Source: Paraspadella gotoi
Taxonomy: Eukaryota; Animalia; Chaetognatha
Direction of reading: 5' to 3'
NCBI GenBank assembly: GCA_051294375.1
Contig: CM119270.1
Span: 5,030,152-5,094,151, forward strand
Length of the DNA: 64,000 nt
The notes under the pieces were generated by a model that was given only the letters and a program-made list of their open reading frames with translations, was not told where the DNA came from and did no database searches. Positions 1-11,491 of this stretch are shown here, one piece after another (the first letter of the stretch is position 1; the number at the start of each line of letters is the position of its first letter). Position numbers and translations under genes: made by a program.

Positions 1-10
1 AGATTTAGTA

Positions 11-471
11 GTTAATAGTTTGATTTGGTCTTTACATGACATTAATATCAAAGAAATCAAATTATTTTTGGAGGTAACATGATATTTATTTTTATATAAG
101 CAATGATCTTCAGATACTTCTGAAATGAAGGGAATTTGAGTACTGAATGGGATAGGGCTCTTAAGGTCACCTTTGAAAACAAAATAAAGAAATCATTTGG
201 TTTAAGGTCATCTCAAGCCTATAGAATTCAAAGGCAGAGAAGAGAAGAAATGGCCAAAATTAGAAGAATGAATTTTCAGCCAAATGGAAGAGTAGAAACC
301 CTACCTAAAACTGTTTTGTAAATTTTAAGTCTCATTTTGTTATGCACCTTTGAGGGAGATAGAAGTCTTTGAAGATCAGTGCTTATTTAAAAATAAATAT
401 CATGTTACCTCCAGAAATAATTTGTTTTCTTTTATATTATTGGCATGTAAAGACCAAATCAAACTATTAAC
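11..471. mobile_element. MITE/foldback element with ~110-bp imperfect terminal inverted repeats (in an MFS intron)
   Basis: GTTAATAGTTTGATTTGGTCTTTACATG..GGAGGTAACATGATATTTATTTTTA..GATCTTCA (11-120) is the reverse complement of TGAAGATC..TAAAAATAAATATCATGTTACCTCC..CATGTAAAGACCAAATCAAACTATTAAC (361-471). Confidence 0.75.
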
Positions 472-715
472 TTAGAAATGAAATCTACAATCAAAAAACC
501 AAATCGAATAAAAAGAGAAAGCAATTTTAAATCAGACAAAATTAAAAACGTTAATCAATCGATAAATCATTCAATATAAAAAAAAAACAACTTAATGACA
601 ACCAATCTCAATCTTTATTCCTCCCTTCCCCGACCCACCTAAACTCACCTCCCCGCCCACCCCACCCCCAAATCCCACCCTGACCCCACCCCCTCTTTTT
701 TTAAAAAAAAAACAG

Positions 716-3700
716 AAACGTGGGCAACGTGGATCGGCTACGTCGTCGTTCCCGCCTTCAACTACTTCAACTTTCGAATCGGCGCCGTCGTCGTCGACCG
801 CCTCACCGGCCTCGGGATTCGTCGCCGCTCTTCTCTTTCTCGCTCAACTCTGCCTGGCGGCGCCGCTTTACTTCGATCTGTCTTCGACGGCGCCGGTGGA
901 GGAGGAAGAGGAGCGCCGCGGGGACGGTGCTGCGGCGGCGGCGGGAGCGGAGGCGGGAGCGGGATGGCGGCTGCGGCGTCGGGGTTCGAGACGGCGTGTG
1001 TTGTTGAGAAGGCGAAGGCGAACTTCCTCGCTTCTTTGAAGTCGACCTTTGCGGCGTTCAAAAAGAACGTCATCAGGTGAGGAGAGAGAGATGAGAGAAG
1101 AGAGAGAGAGAGAGAGAGAGAAGAGACAGCAGACAGAGACAGAGACAGAGACCAAAGACAAAGTCATTAACCTAAGTATAAATTAGTTTCTTTTAAAATT
1201 AATCCATAATTTCGAATAAACATTCTTTTTGTTTATCATTTTAATAATAAAGGATCTTAACATATATTGATATAAAAACTTGCTGAAAATGAAATCCACG
1301 AACCTACTCCTCCAGGGAGCCCCTCCTCATCGCCTTCTCCGCGGCCTTCTCCTCCATGTTCTCCCTGGGCGCGGTGGAGACGGCCGTCTTCCCTCTTCTC
1401 GAAGAGGCCTTCGGCTGGAACGTCTTCAATCACGCTTGGGTCTTTTTCGGCGCTCTGCTGGTCGGGGTCGCCGCCCTCGTCGCTATTTTTAGAATAGGTA
1501 ATTGGAAATTAGTTTTATTTTGATAGAAATGATTTAGTGGATTTATTGGCGAGATTCGCTAAATGAAATTGGTACAACAAATACATAACTTTTCCATTTA
1601 TTCAATAAAGAAGCTAACTACCCCGTGTGTCCGTTCGCGAGTGACACCAAAAAAATCTTTACTATTCTTTAAATATTTAATAAACGTATTTCTTAAGTAT
1701 ATCATTAGTTGGAGAACTATTTGACGTTTTTTTTTTTTTTTTTGGTATAAGTTGCATTTCGTGTTTAATTCATTTACTATACTTTATTTAATCTAATACA
1801 ATAAAATTGTCACAAAAACACAATTTTAGGCGTTTTTTTGAATGAATTTTAAAAAATATTTTATATCATCAAAAATTCCTATTAATGGTCTTATCAATGG
1901 CGTATCTGAATTATCGTAATGTTGAGTAATTTTTGAGTAATGATTTTATATTTATTTTTAGTTGTAAATCTTAAGTTTTCTTTATACAATTCGTCCAATT
2001 AGAAAAAAACTTTGTCCTGAGCATGTTCTTGACTGTTTTGAATAATTATTTTATATCCTAAGAATTCCCAGATAATTCTTAATTTAATGGTGTAAATTAA
2101 TTTTAATAATTTTAAGTATTTAATGAGTAATTAATTTATAATGATTTTCTTCTTTTAAAAGATTCAGTTTTTCATTGAAGATGAAATTGGATGACCATTA
2201 AAGAAAAGTTGTTTTACATAAATAAATATCAAATTAATCTTATGAAATTAAAATATAATAAACGTCAAGTACTTTGCTACAGAATGAAGAAAAATTTTTT
2301 TTTTAAATTTTCATCCAATGAGAAATGGTACACATTTTTTTTGGTGTCACTCGCGACGGGACACGGGGTAGCTCCTGAATTAGGTCAGCCAATCCATTTT
2401 ACAAGATGAGAAATTAGCAGGACCTTTCAAGTTTTCAAGACACTTTCGCAGTCCATTTCCTTTTAACGCCAGGAGAACTTAGTTTCCCTGTCAATGAAGA
2501 GGCGTCATTACGCCACTTCATTGACAGGGAAACTAAGTTCTGTTTTAACTGTTTTAATCGCTTAAAATGACCACTAACTTGGATTGGTTTATTTCATTTA
2601 ATATTTAGGTTTAGAATAATATTTAGGATATTTAATAAGGCGTAGTAAAATTTTTAAATTTAACTTTAATTAAAATTCTAAAATTGAGGAATGAACAACA
2701 TTATACTAATGAACATTTATATAATAAAAAAAATTATATTAAATTTTACAATTTACACAGTAAGCCATATTTATATTAGTACTAAACCAATAAATGTTAA
2801 AATTTCAAAACAGTTTTTTCTAAGATTTTTTTGCAGATTTGGATTCGTCATAAAAAGTCTATAAAAAGAAATATAATTCTTTTTTAAAAATTCCTTCATT
2901 AAGTGGGTCAAAAATTAGAAAAAGCTATATTTTAAGCTGAAAATTAACTTTTTGTATATTAAATATAGTTTTTTAATTTTTAACCCACTTAATGAAAGAA
3001 TTTTTAAAAATGATTTATATTTTCTTTTATCAACTTTTGACGAGGAATTCAAATCTGTAATCAAAATTAAGAAAAGCCTATTTTGAAATTTTTCGATTTT
3101 ATAAGGATAGTACTATATATAAATATAGCCTACTGCGAAAATTAAAAAGCATAAAATTAATTTTTAAAAAAAATTAATGTTCACTGATGGTAGGTTGTTC
3201 ATAATTAACTTTTAGAATTTTCGTATGTAACTTTCACTACGCCTTATTTAATATTTATTTAATATTTATTTTATTTTTCTATACTAATAAGTGACATAAT
3301 TTTTTTTAATATTCTGCTGCATTCTTTATCAATTTTAAGACATAATCGCTATTTGTAAGTAATACTACACGGCTTGATGACTTTCCTAATCGTTTATTCC
3401 ATTGCTTTGACTGACTTGGTTGATTGGATCTATGACAATCAGTCTATCACTATCACTATCACTAATCAGGTCAACGCTTCTCCGCCCGCGTCTTTCTCTT
3501 CGCCGTCCTCGTCGCCAGCTGCGGCGCTCTCGCTTTTTCCGGCGTCGCCTGGACCCTCGCCCTCCGCCCCGACGTGGGCACCGAGTTGTGGTTGTTGTGG
3601 CGAATCCTTGTGGGCGTGGGCGCCTTCGCCATCGTCGTCTGCCTCAACGTCCTCTCGATTCTCCCCGCGTCATTTCTCTCCGTCGTGTTCGATTCCGGTG

Positions 3701-4087
3701 AGAAAAGAGAGGGAGAGAGGGGGAGGGAGAAAGAGAGGGGAAAGGAGGAGAGGGGGAGGGAGAGAGAGAGGGGAAACGAGGAGAGGGGGAGGGAGAAAGA
3801 GAGGGGAAAACAGGAGAGGGGAGAGAGGAGAGATTAGAGAAGTAAGGGAGAGGTGGTAAAGATTAGAGAAGTGAGGGAGAGGTGGTAGAGATTAGAGAAG
3901 TGAGGGTGAGAGTGGAAGAAGAGAAGGGAGGAGGCATAATTCCAGAAAATAAAGCAAGGTAAGGTAAGTGGAGGTAAATGTCGAAGAATGAAGAGGAAGA
4001 AAGAAAATTGGGAGGTGAAGTTGTGATGTAAGGAAAAGAGGAGAGAGGAGAAGAGAAGAAGTTAGAGGAAAGAAAAGTAAACTAAAC

Positions 4088-4161
<74 letters not shown>

Positions 4162-5717
4162 TATAATATCTTTGCCGGATATCCTCGTATCCGCTGACGA
4201 TATGTAAGAATGTAAAGACTTTTTTTCAAAAATGAGTAGCTGACATGAACTAAACATGTAGTAAAATGACCAATCAAATAATTGATAAAACTAAATTTGT
4301 CAGATATATCATTAAGTACAAATTATCAAAGGAAATAGTAATTTTTCTTATGGGGGTAAGTTTTAAGTCCGAACCCTGTACACTACACTACGGCGCAAAA
4401 AAGTTAGCTTTGAATAGCTTTGAATACACCACTATTTCTTTTTTAATTTTGAAGAAGTATATACATATAAAAAGTTTAGCTTTTTTAAAGAGCTATCGAT
4501 TGGTCCAAGATATTTTATGCTGAATTTGTTCAGCTAATATCATATTATAAATATCTATTCCATTGCTACGATAAAGTAACTAAACTTAATTTGTTCTCGT
4601 ATAATTTTTTGTACTATAGGTCCTATAACTTTCTAACGCTTGGCTCGATTTTAATAGAACTTGGACCAATCGCTTTAACTTTCAATAAACTTTGTTCTAG
4701 TTTGCCATATCTTTATAAAATTTAACCATCCAATATAGTTATTTTCGGTGTGAAAAAAGTCGCTTTTTTTTCGCGCCGCAGTGTAGATCGGGCAGCTCTC
4801 GTTTTACACATTCGCCTAAGAGTGTCAAACTCTTTTTCATCTCTTCCTTTAATTTACAGAAACTCAAGGAATCGGTCAAGGCTACTTGCAAACGGTCAAG
4901 ATGATCGGAATGATGTTGGGGCCGCTTTGGGGAGCCACTTGGCGAAACGTTCCAGCATTTATCGGTAAATCGACATACGTGATGTTGTTCAAATTTATTT
5001 TTTAAACCAGAATAGGGAAAAGTTTTTTATTAAACTTTTTTACTTTTTTCCATTTTACCCCTTAATGAAATTTGTACAACTAATATAGGAATCCATATAT
5101 TCGATCAATTAGCCATCTCGCCCATAAATTTGGACAAACTTTGTATAACTTAAACAGTAAATCAAAAACTAAATTTTCAAGTTTAAATTTCTTTTTTTCT
5201 TTTTTTTACAAAATTTTACTTTCGCCGACCGGGGTTTTGGCGTACTTTAAAAATTATTTAAAAAATTCTTACCTAGTTACCTTAAACCACCCTTAACCCC
5301 GGTCGGCGAAAATAATCTTGTAAAATCAGATTGTTACATATATTATTACTATGATTAATAACATATAATATACGCATTACTTTTACTTTCGCCGAACGAG
5401 GTTATGGAGGGGTAAGGGTGGTGGGTGGTTTAGGGTTAAGAGGGTTTAAAGTTAAAATAATATTAAAAAAAAAATACATTTAAATAATTTCAAATGCCGC
5501 CGAAACCGCTGTCGGCGAAAGTCCAATTTAGCCCAATATACACCTCCTTTCCCGAATAGTTTTATTTTCTCAAAGTAATTCCAATATTCCTCCCACTCCT
5601 TTCTCAGGCGTTCAATTCGGTTTGATCTTCGTCGTCACTGGAATGTTCACGATGTCGTGGGACCGAATGAACCCGAGAATCGAAACTGATCCTCGTCCGT
5701 CGCCGAACATCTCTTGA
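716..5717 (+). CDS. MFSD8: MFS transporter, MFSD8/CLN7-like, 3' part (5 exons: 716-1076, 1316-1497, 3470-3697, 4860-4964, 5608-5717; 5' exons lie upstream of the window)
   Basis: All introns are GT-AG with consistent phases. Spliced product: ..TWATWIGYVVVPAFNYFNFRIGAVVVDRLTG..NVIR/EPLLIAFSAAFSSMFSLGAVETAVFPLLEEAFGWNVFNHAWVFFGALLVGVAALVAIFRI/GQRFSARVFLFAVLVASCGALAFSGVAWTLAL..VCLNVLSILPASFLSVVFDS/ETQGIGQGYLQTVKMIGMMLGPLWGATWRNVPAFI/GVQFGLIFVVTGMFTMSWDRMNPRIETDPRPSPNIS*. Several TM helices; the QG..QG......G..LGPLWG motif and the 'ET..P' and 'FGW' positions recall MFSD8-like MFS proteins (recognised from memory, not by search). AATAAA at ~5949. The first exon appears to carry compensating frameshifts. 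Confidence 0.8.
1621..2368. mobile_element. Non-autonomous DNA transposon (MITE) with TA target-site duplication, Tc1/mariner-type ends
   Basis: TA|CCCCGTGTGTCCGTTCGCGAGTGACACCAAAAAAA at the left end and TTTTTTTGGTGTCACTCGCGACGGGACACGGGG|TA at the right end; AT-rich interior with no transposase. Confidence 0.8.
2474..2541. repeat. Near-perfect 68-nt hairpin (26-bp perfect arms plus a 5-bp inner stem and 4-nt loop)
   Basis: AGAACTTAGTTTCCCTGTCAATGAAG-A-GGCGT-CATT-ACGCC-A-CTTCATTGACAGGGAAACTAAGTTCT. Confidence 0.9.
2629..3254. mobile_element. Foldback/palindromic MITE, ~630 bp, with imperfect inverted repeats along its full length
   Basis: Paired blocks TAAGGCGTAGT/ACTACGCCTTA, ATGAACAAC/GTTGTTCAT, CAGATTTG/CAAATCTG and TTCATTAAGTGGGT/ACCCACTTAATGAA are symmetric about ~2945. 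Confidence 0.75.
4089..4161. repeat. (TAA)n microsatellite
   Basis: About 23 TAA units, directly visible. Confidence 0.95.
4386..4783. mobile_element. MITE with CACTA/CACTG termini flanked by TA
   Basis: TA|CACTACGGCGCAAAAAAG at the left end and CTTTTTTTTCGCGCCGCAGTG|TA at the right end; internal inverted blocks TTGGTCCAAG/CTTGGACCAA. Confidence 0.65.
5211..5529. mobile_element. MITE-like element with nested inverted repeats (TTTCGCCGA/TCGGCGAAA, four copies)
   Basis: ACTTTCGCCGACCGGGG (5218) pairs with CCCCGGTCGGCGAAAA (~5297) and ACTTTCGCCGAAC (~5385) pairs with GTCGGCGAAAGT (5511); the two halves are also inverted relative to each other. Confidence 0.6.
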
Positions 5718-6640
5718 CCCAATTATGACCACCCCCCCTCAAGACCCTCGACATTCCTGTGATCCAAGGATCACATTTTACTCTTTCGGCTCAAAGCTTT
5801 TTTTTTTTCGAAGTCGCAAATGTTTTTTTTTTTTACTAACGTCTGTCCCCGTCATTTACTTCTAGACTTAACAGACATACAAACTAAAACGCTTTTGCAT
5901 TTGTGTTTTTATAGCGAAAAAAAATGTATTTACGTTTGTAGATGATAAAATAAAACACCGAGAAAACGCGACCACTAAAAAAAAAATATAAATCGAGTGT
6001 AATTACAATTAGCCATTAAGAAATAAAAAAAATACCATTTACGCTTATCACAAAGGCGGCAAAAAAAAAATAAATCAGCGCTAAAAAAAAAAATCTTCAC
6101 CTCACCTCTACGTCGTAATATTATTCGTAATCACAATTTTTATGTTGCAATATCTTTTTTTGCTAATTTCCAAATACTTCTCCCCCCCCCAATCTCTCAC
6201 CCCCAAATCACCGCAGCCCCCCTCCAAAAAGAGTAGCAAGAGTTTTCGTTCCTTTAGCTAAGACTTGGAATACTTTTTTTTATTATTAAATTTTCCCACT
6301 TGCCGTTTTTAACTTATACTTTTTTATTACAATGTACCATCATGTTATTAGCTACTAAATTACATTTGACAAGTCTTGATTTGCGTTCATCAATTTTGTG
6401 ACAAACTGTATAATTAAGAAATGAAATTATTTCTATCAAGCTCCGATCGGGGCGACAATGAATCGAAATATGACAGCTAGAGGGAGAGAGAAAGGGGGGA
6501 AATAAAAATCAAAAAAACGCGGCTCACAGATTCGCGCGGAAAGAAGGGGGGGGGAGAACAATTTTCAATCGCAAACTACCCACTCACACCCCCCCCCACC
6601 AACCCTCTTCCCCAAGATCGAACATCCGGGAGAGGGGGGG

Positions 6641-7688
6641 TCACATCCCGAGGGATTCCAAATAGTCGGCGATGACCCCGACGGCCTTGTTTCCGATTCC
6701 CTGTTGCATTCCTTCCGCGGTGTGACCGATGACGACCGCGGTTTTCGTACTTTGACACGTCAACGCCCCGTTGTCCTTTCTCTTGGCCATAGCGATCTTC
6801 CCATCTTCTTCCCTGGAATCGATGATAAATCGAAACGGATTAAACGTCTGTTAATTAATAAACGGATTTAAACGTCTGTTAATTAATAAACGGATTTAAA
6901 CGTCTGTAAATTACGATTCGTTTTCAAACAACCTTGGGCTTACTTTTTCCACCCGTCGATTAGAGTCAGGGGGTTGTTGAATTAAGGGGAACCGTGTAGT
7001 TGGGTTAACGATTTTTATTTTTTTTTTATAGGAAAGGAATTTTCGTACATTACTCAAGTCGACGAATGTATAATATATATTGCAAATTTGTTCGAACTTT
7101 TTCTAGTACCAGTAAGTATAAAAACTAACCTCAAAAACTGATACTTGATTCCCTCGGCGTGAATCCCGTTCGCCATGAATTCGTCCATTCTCCCGCTCTT
7201 CATCGTCCGCGCAATTTTGCTCAACTCATCGGCGGAGAGCTTCAAGGCGAACGCGTGATCGTCCGTCGTCCATTTGGCCCCGTCCAATCCTGAAATTGGG
7301 TCCGGTCAGGGGGAAAAAAGATATTTTTTTAACAAACTCATTCGGTGATTAAATCACTTTTAAATCATTCACGATACCATCGAAATTAATCTTCGCGCTT
7401 CTCGGCGATTTGCTTTATTAAGAGTTAACAAGAATAAATATCCAAATTTTGAAAAAAAAACGCCCACTATTTATAAAATTATCAAACTATTTTATACACT
7501 TATCATACTTATCTTAATAATCCCTACATAGTAATCAAATGACTAAACGCCTCTTGAAAACTTTTTCGATCCGAATCTCCGTTCGCCATTTTTAACTCAC
7601 CGATGATGCAAGCCTTGTCCACGTGATTCGTTCCGAGCGAGTCCTTCGAATGACCGACCAAGTTGTCGATGTAAGAGTCCCAACTCAT
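6641..7688 (-). CDS. PFN: Profilin (actin-monomer/poly-proline-binding protein), complete, 3 exons: 7688-7601, 7289-7130, 6812-6641; 139 aa
   Basis: Spliced ORF of 420 nt: MSWDSYIDNLVGHSKDSLGTNHVDKACIIGLDGAKWTTDDHAFALKLSADELSKIARTMKSGRMDEFMANGIHAEGIKYQFLREEDGKIAMAKRKDNGALTCQSTKTAVVIGHTAEGMQQGIGNKAVGVIADYLESLGM*. MSWDSY N-terminus, G..Y.FLR and IADYL C-terminus are characteristic of invertebrate profilins. GT-AG introns with phases 1 and 2 are consistent. Confidence 0.96.
6833..6907. repeat. 28-bp tandem repeat (~2.7 copies) in profilin intron 2
   Basis: Unit AAACGGATTTAAACGTCTGTTAATTAAT; CGTCTG recurs at 6845, 6873 and 6901. Confidence 0.9.
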
Positions 7689-9372
7689 TTTCGGAGATCG
7701 TTGACTGTCGAAGTTGTCTCTTGTACAGTTGTTGCTGTTCCGCTCGAACTGTTCCGACGTCGGTGGTCGAAACCGTGTAAAATAGGATTTCTTGGCTGTA
7801 CGGACTGCGGCGCGACTGAATTCACTGTTGAAACAGTCGGAAGAGGCGGATGAGCTGAAAGGAAAAAGTCAGGAATCAAGGAAGCTGCGCCCTTTCGCGA
7901 AAGAAACGTCGCGAGTTAATCGAACAGTCGCATCCGGAAAAAAAAAAACGGACGTCTGATTCAACTTCAAACCTTCAAAGGAGAGTGAGATGAGATCGAT
8001 CATCGTATTTTGATGAGAGAGAGAGGACCGAGAGTATTGACAGGAGAGACTGACGACGCAGAGCAGAGAAGAGAGAGAGAGAGAGAGAGCAGAACAGCGT
8101 CAAACGGTTAGTGTTCGCGCAAATAGAGAAGAGATTCGCCGGCCGCCGGTTAAAACTCTCTCGATCGAAATTTGAAAAGGTTGCGTTTGTGGGGAAAAAG
8201 CAAATAAAGAGAGAGAGAGAGAGACGGAAGGTTAGAGAATGGAAAGAGGCGTGGAAAGGAAATAATGGAAAAAGAATAGATAGGGAAAAATTATTGATAA
8301 ATACAAGTTATTGAAAAGGGAACGGAGCTTTAGAGAGGAGGAAAAAGATTTAGAGTAGTTATCGGAGCAAAGTACTGGAGCAAAGTTAGAGGAAATGGGT
8401 AAGGACTACATATAGGGAGTAAGTTTTTTAAGTTTAGGAGTCAAGTTATGGAAAATGAGCAAGAAAGGAAAAATAAATAAATGGTAATAAAAGTTTAAAA
8501 GCAAAATAAATCAATGCCGAGTTGAACGCTTGCTAAGCATCACGAGAGAAAAAAATCTTATGAGGTATTTTTATGAATAAAAAATAATTAGGTCAAGATT
8601 TATCGAGAAAAAGCTTGAAATAGCAAAGGCATAAATCAAAGATAATCTACGTTGAGCTCGGCCCGTGTCAAAAGAAGTATTATAATTCCTTATTGGTGTA
8701 AATCGACCACTGGAAGCGTTCAAAGGAAAAGAAGAAATAGTGAAACAAAAAGGAAAAGCGATATCTGATTGCTTGAGCTTTGTAATTTAATTTTCGCTAT
8801 GTGCAACTCAGAATCTTGATTATTTAAAGAACGAAGAGAAAAGGAAAGCAAATTTCCCAAATTTTAGTTCTTAATTATTAGTAAACGAAAAGAATAAAAT
8901 ATTTTATATATCAAATATTCTAAATACTTTTTAGAAAAAGTGTTCAATAGTAAAGATAAGGGCCAAAAAAGCAAAAAAGTTGAAATGTAAGAAGATATAA
9001 AAATCCTGGTTCATTCGTTCGAAAGAAAGAGAGAGAAAGAGAGAGAGAGAGAGAATTAATCCTCTTAAAAAGGAAGTGTTTTCAGTCAGATTTGGTTATA
9101 CTCTAGGTTGATTGCCAATTATGAATCATGAAGGTAATACTGGATAAAATTTTTATTTATTTTTACGTAACACTTTGACTACCACATGCAGACGGTCAAG
9201 TTTCAAATGTTTTATTTTCTTACCGATTCTTTTTCAGTATTTCGTGTTCAAAGTCCCAATGATAACTCAATTTTACCTCTTGCATTTAATCTAATTTTTG
9301 TTTTATTTTTAAAATCTGGAGACTTTGTTCTTTTTATTTTTGTGTGAATCACTACTAAATTAGTTTTCTCTC

Positions 9373-9560
9373 ACAGACGCACGAAGCATCTATTAACAAA
9401 TTGAAATTTGTGATGCTGTACGAGAAATCGGAGAAAAGAATTTTTTCGACATCAAGTGGCAATGGAGCTTAATTTGTGAATCACTTTTCGGTCGGTCCGT
9501 CGGTATGTTTGTCCGTCGGTATGACACACTTATGTTAAAAATGCATAGAATTTGCTTATA
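9373..9560 (+). mobile_element. Possible DINE-1/Helentron-associated (HINE)-like fragment
   Basis: AGACGCACGAAGCATCTAT followed by a degenerate GTCC/GTCG tetranucleotide tract (GGTCGGTCCGTCGGTATGTTTGTCCGTCGG), the layout seen in DINE-like elements. The 3' hairpin was not located. Confidence 0.3.
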
Positions 9561-9599
9561 GACAGAATAAAACCTCAAATCCAAGGTCCTGCTAGCGCC

Positions 9600-9700
9600 A
9601 CATTCAAGAAATCCTAAAACTATAAAGAATGAAAGACGGAATTTTTATGCAGTGCATGTCATAAATACATGGGCAAAGGAAGTTTTTTAGTAATGTCATG
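9600..9700 (+). mobile_element. Possible degraded 3' end of a CR1/L2-clade LINE ORF2
   Basis: Translates as NERRNFYAVHVINTWAK, resembling the 'RR.FF..RV...WN.LP' C-terminus of CR1-clade ORF2. Very short match. Confidence 0.3.
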
Positions 9701-10603
9701 GCAAATTATGTGAAACACATTGAAATTACCGTTCTTGTTATTAAAAGCTTCCACAGATATAGATTAAAAAAATAAGTCAAAATACTAGGTTCAAAAAAAG
9801 AAAAAAACATTTTTTAGCTTCAGAAGAAATAATTTTTTAAAAATTGTATAGTATCACAAGCTGGACTGATTACAATGCTGCATGCTGTACTATTCTACTT
9901 CCGAGTTTAAATTCGCTTATAGTGCCATTCTTGGAGTTAAATGATCACAGGATCGCAGAGCTTGAAGATAAAGACAATTAACAGCATTTTTAGAGATGGA
10001 AAAATTACTCGATTCATTTTTTAATGTTTTACATGGTATTGTGTTAGCGTGCTTTAGTTTTTATTAGTGTGTATTTTGTATTTTTTTTTTTGACTTGATT
10101 GAGTACTAATAATATTTACATTCGGATCACAGCACCATTAAAGCCAACTTCTTCAATCCCTATCAAAGGCTTTTAATAGACTTTATACAGCTTTGTACCA
10201 CATAACCACTAAAAAATATTACAACAATTACAAAATTAAAACGTGACATTTTGTAAATGTAAAAATTTTTTATGCTGAGACAAGTGATATACTTGATAAT
10301 AAGTGTATAAAATAACTGACTTCATTACACTTGTGGCACTTGTAAAAATTATTGTTACATGCAATTTCTTTACCAACAAAGATATATAAGAATAGTTTGC
10401 TCTCGTCTGACTCTGTTGCTGATACGCTGCCATTTGCTATTAATCTCTGCTTCACTTGTTTTTTTTTTTAAAAAAACGTTCGTCTTTGGGAGCCTGGGGG
10501 CGCCGCCCCTCCGAGTTTTGCGTCGATACATAAAAAACAGTTTGTGGCCTTTTGTTCGAGAAAGACAAAGATTACGTCGATCTTCGATGAGGTCCATGAA
10601 ATA

Positions 10604-11491
10604 TGTTGCGGATTTGGGCGCAAAAAAGATCAATATCCTACAAACTACCCAGTAGCTACTATTTTCCTATTCAGGAAAAAGTTATTTAGAGTTTTCATTC
10701 GTAGTTTATTAGCATCGCTTTGATTTCAACAGTGTAGGGCCGTTGCAGGCAAGGATTTCCTATGGGAGATTTGGGCATAGTTCTCTAATCGATCCATGAG
10801 TCCTTACGGTCGCTTGGTTCTGTGGCGCGCATTTTTCTTGCTTCTTCTTGGGAGGCCCGCTGAACTGCCCCCAGAAGCCTTGTTACACTTCCTTTTTTTT
10901 ATAGGAATAAACCTAGACCTACCCTTCCTCCTCATTCTACATATAGAGCACTCATTGGTTGCAAGGCTAGGAAACCTGAGTACCCTTTGAGACCTCAGTC
11001 TCACTCTCTACTCCTATTAGAGTCTGAGGGCATATGGTAATCTGTATGAATCATCTCTTTCCCTACCTCTCTCTCCTGACTGAGGTGTGCAAGTCTTGTC
11101 ATTTGGTTCTTTGTTTTCCCCGCCAACTTCATACATGTAGATGAATCTATTCGCTGAGATAGTCTGACAATAGACAGAGGAGATGTGCAGCGAGAAAATT
11201 GCTTCAGTGACCTATCGCTTTCCCTTCCCTAAACCTCAGGGTAGGCTGAGCAGAGGGCGAGCCAGACTAGCTACAGGGTACCCTCTCTCTTCTTCCTAAC
11301 TTGAGGTTGCAGAGACCAGGGGCGAGGAGACCAAGACTGAGAGACACACTACTCATACTTCCCTATTCCTATCCTTAGAGTTGCTGAGCAGGGGACAGAA
11401 GAAAGACTATCAGGTAACCTCTACTTCCTTTCCTTCCTAAGTTCACAGTGTCCTGACGCGGCGGGCGAGATCACGCTAAGCCATTCGTAAA
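10604..11491 (-). repeat. 3' LTR of the retroelement
   Basis: Colinear with 15519-16394 along its whole length, differing mostly by small indels. Minus-strand TATAAAA at ~10903-10897, then AATAAA at ~10710-10705, gives a U3-R-U5 order consistent with the PBS/PPT orientation. Confidence 0.85.

Noticed and set aside
6576-6758. ORF-track Arg-rich 60-aa ORF
   Set aside because: It is an alternative frame of profilin exon 3.
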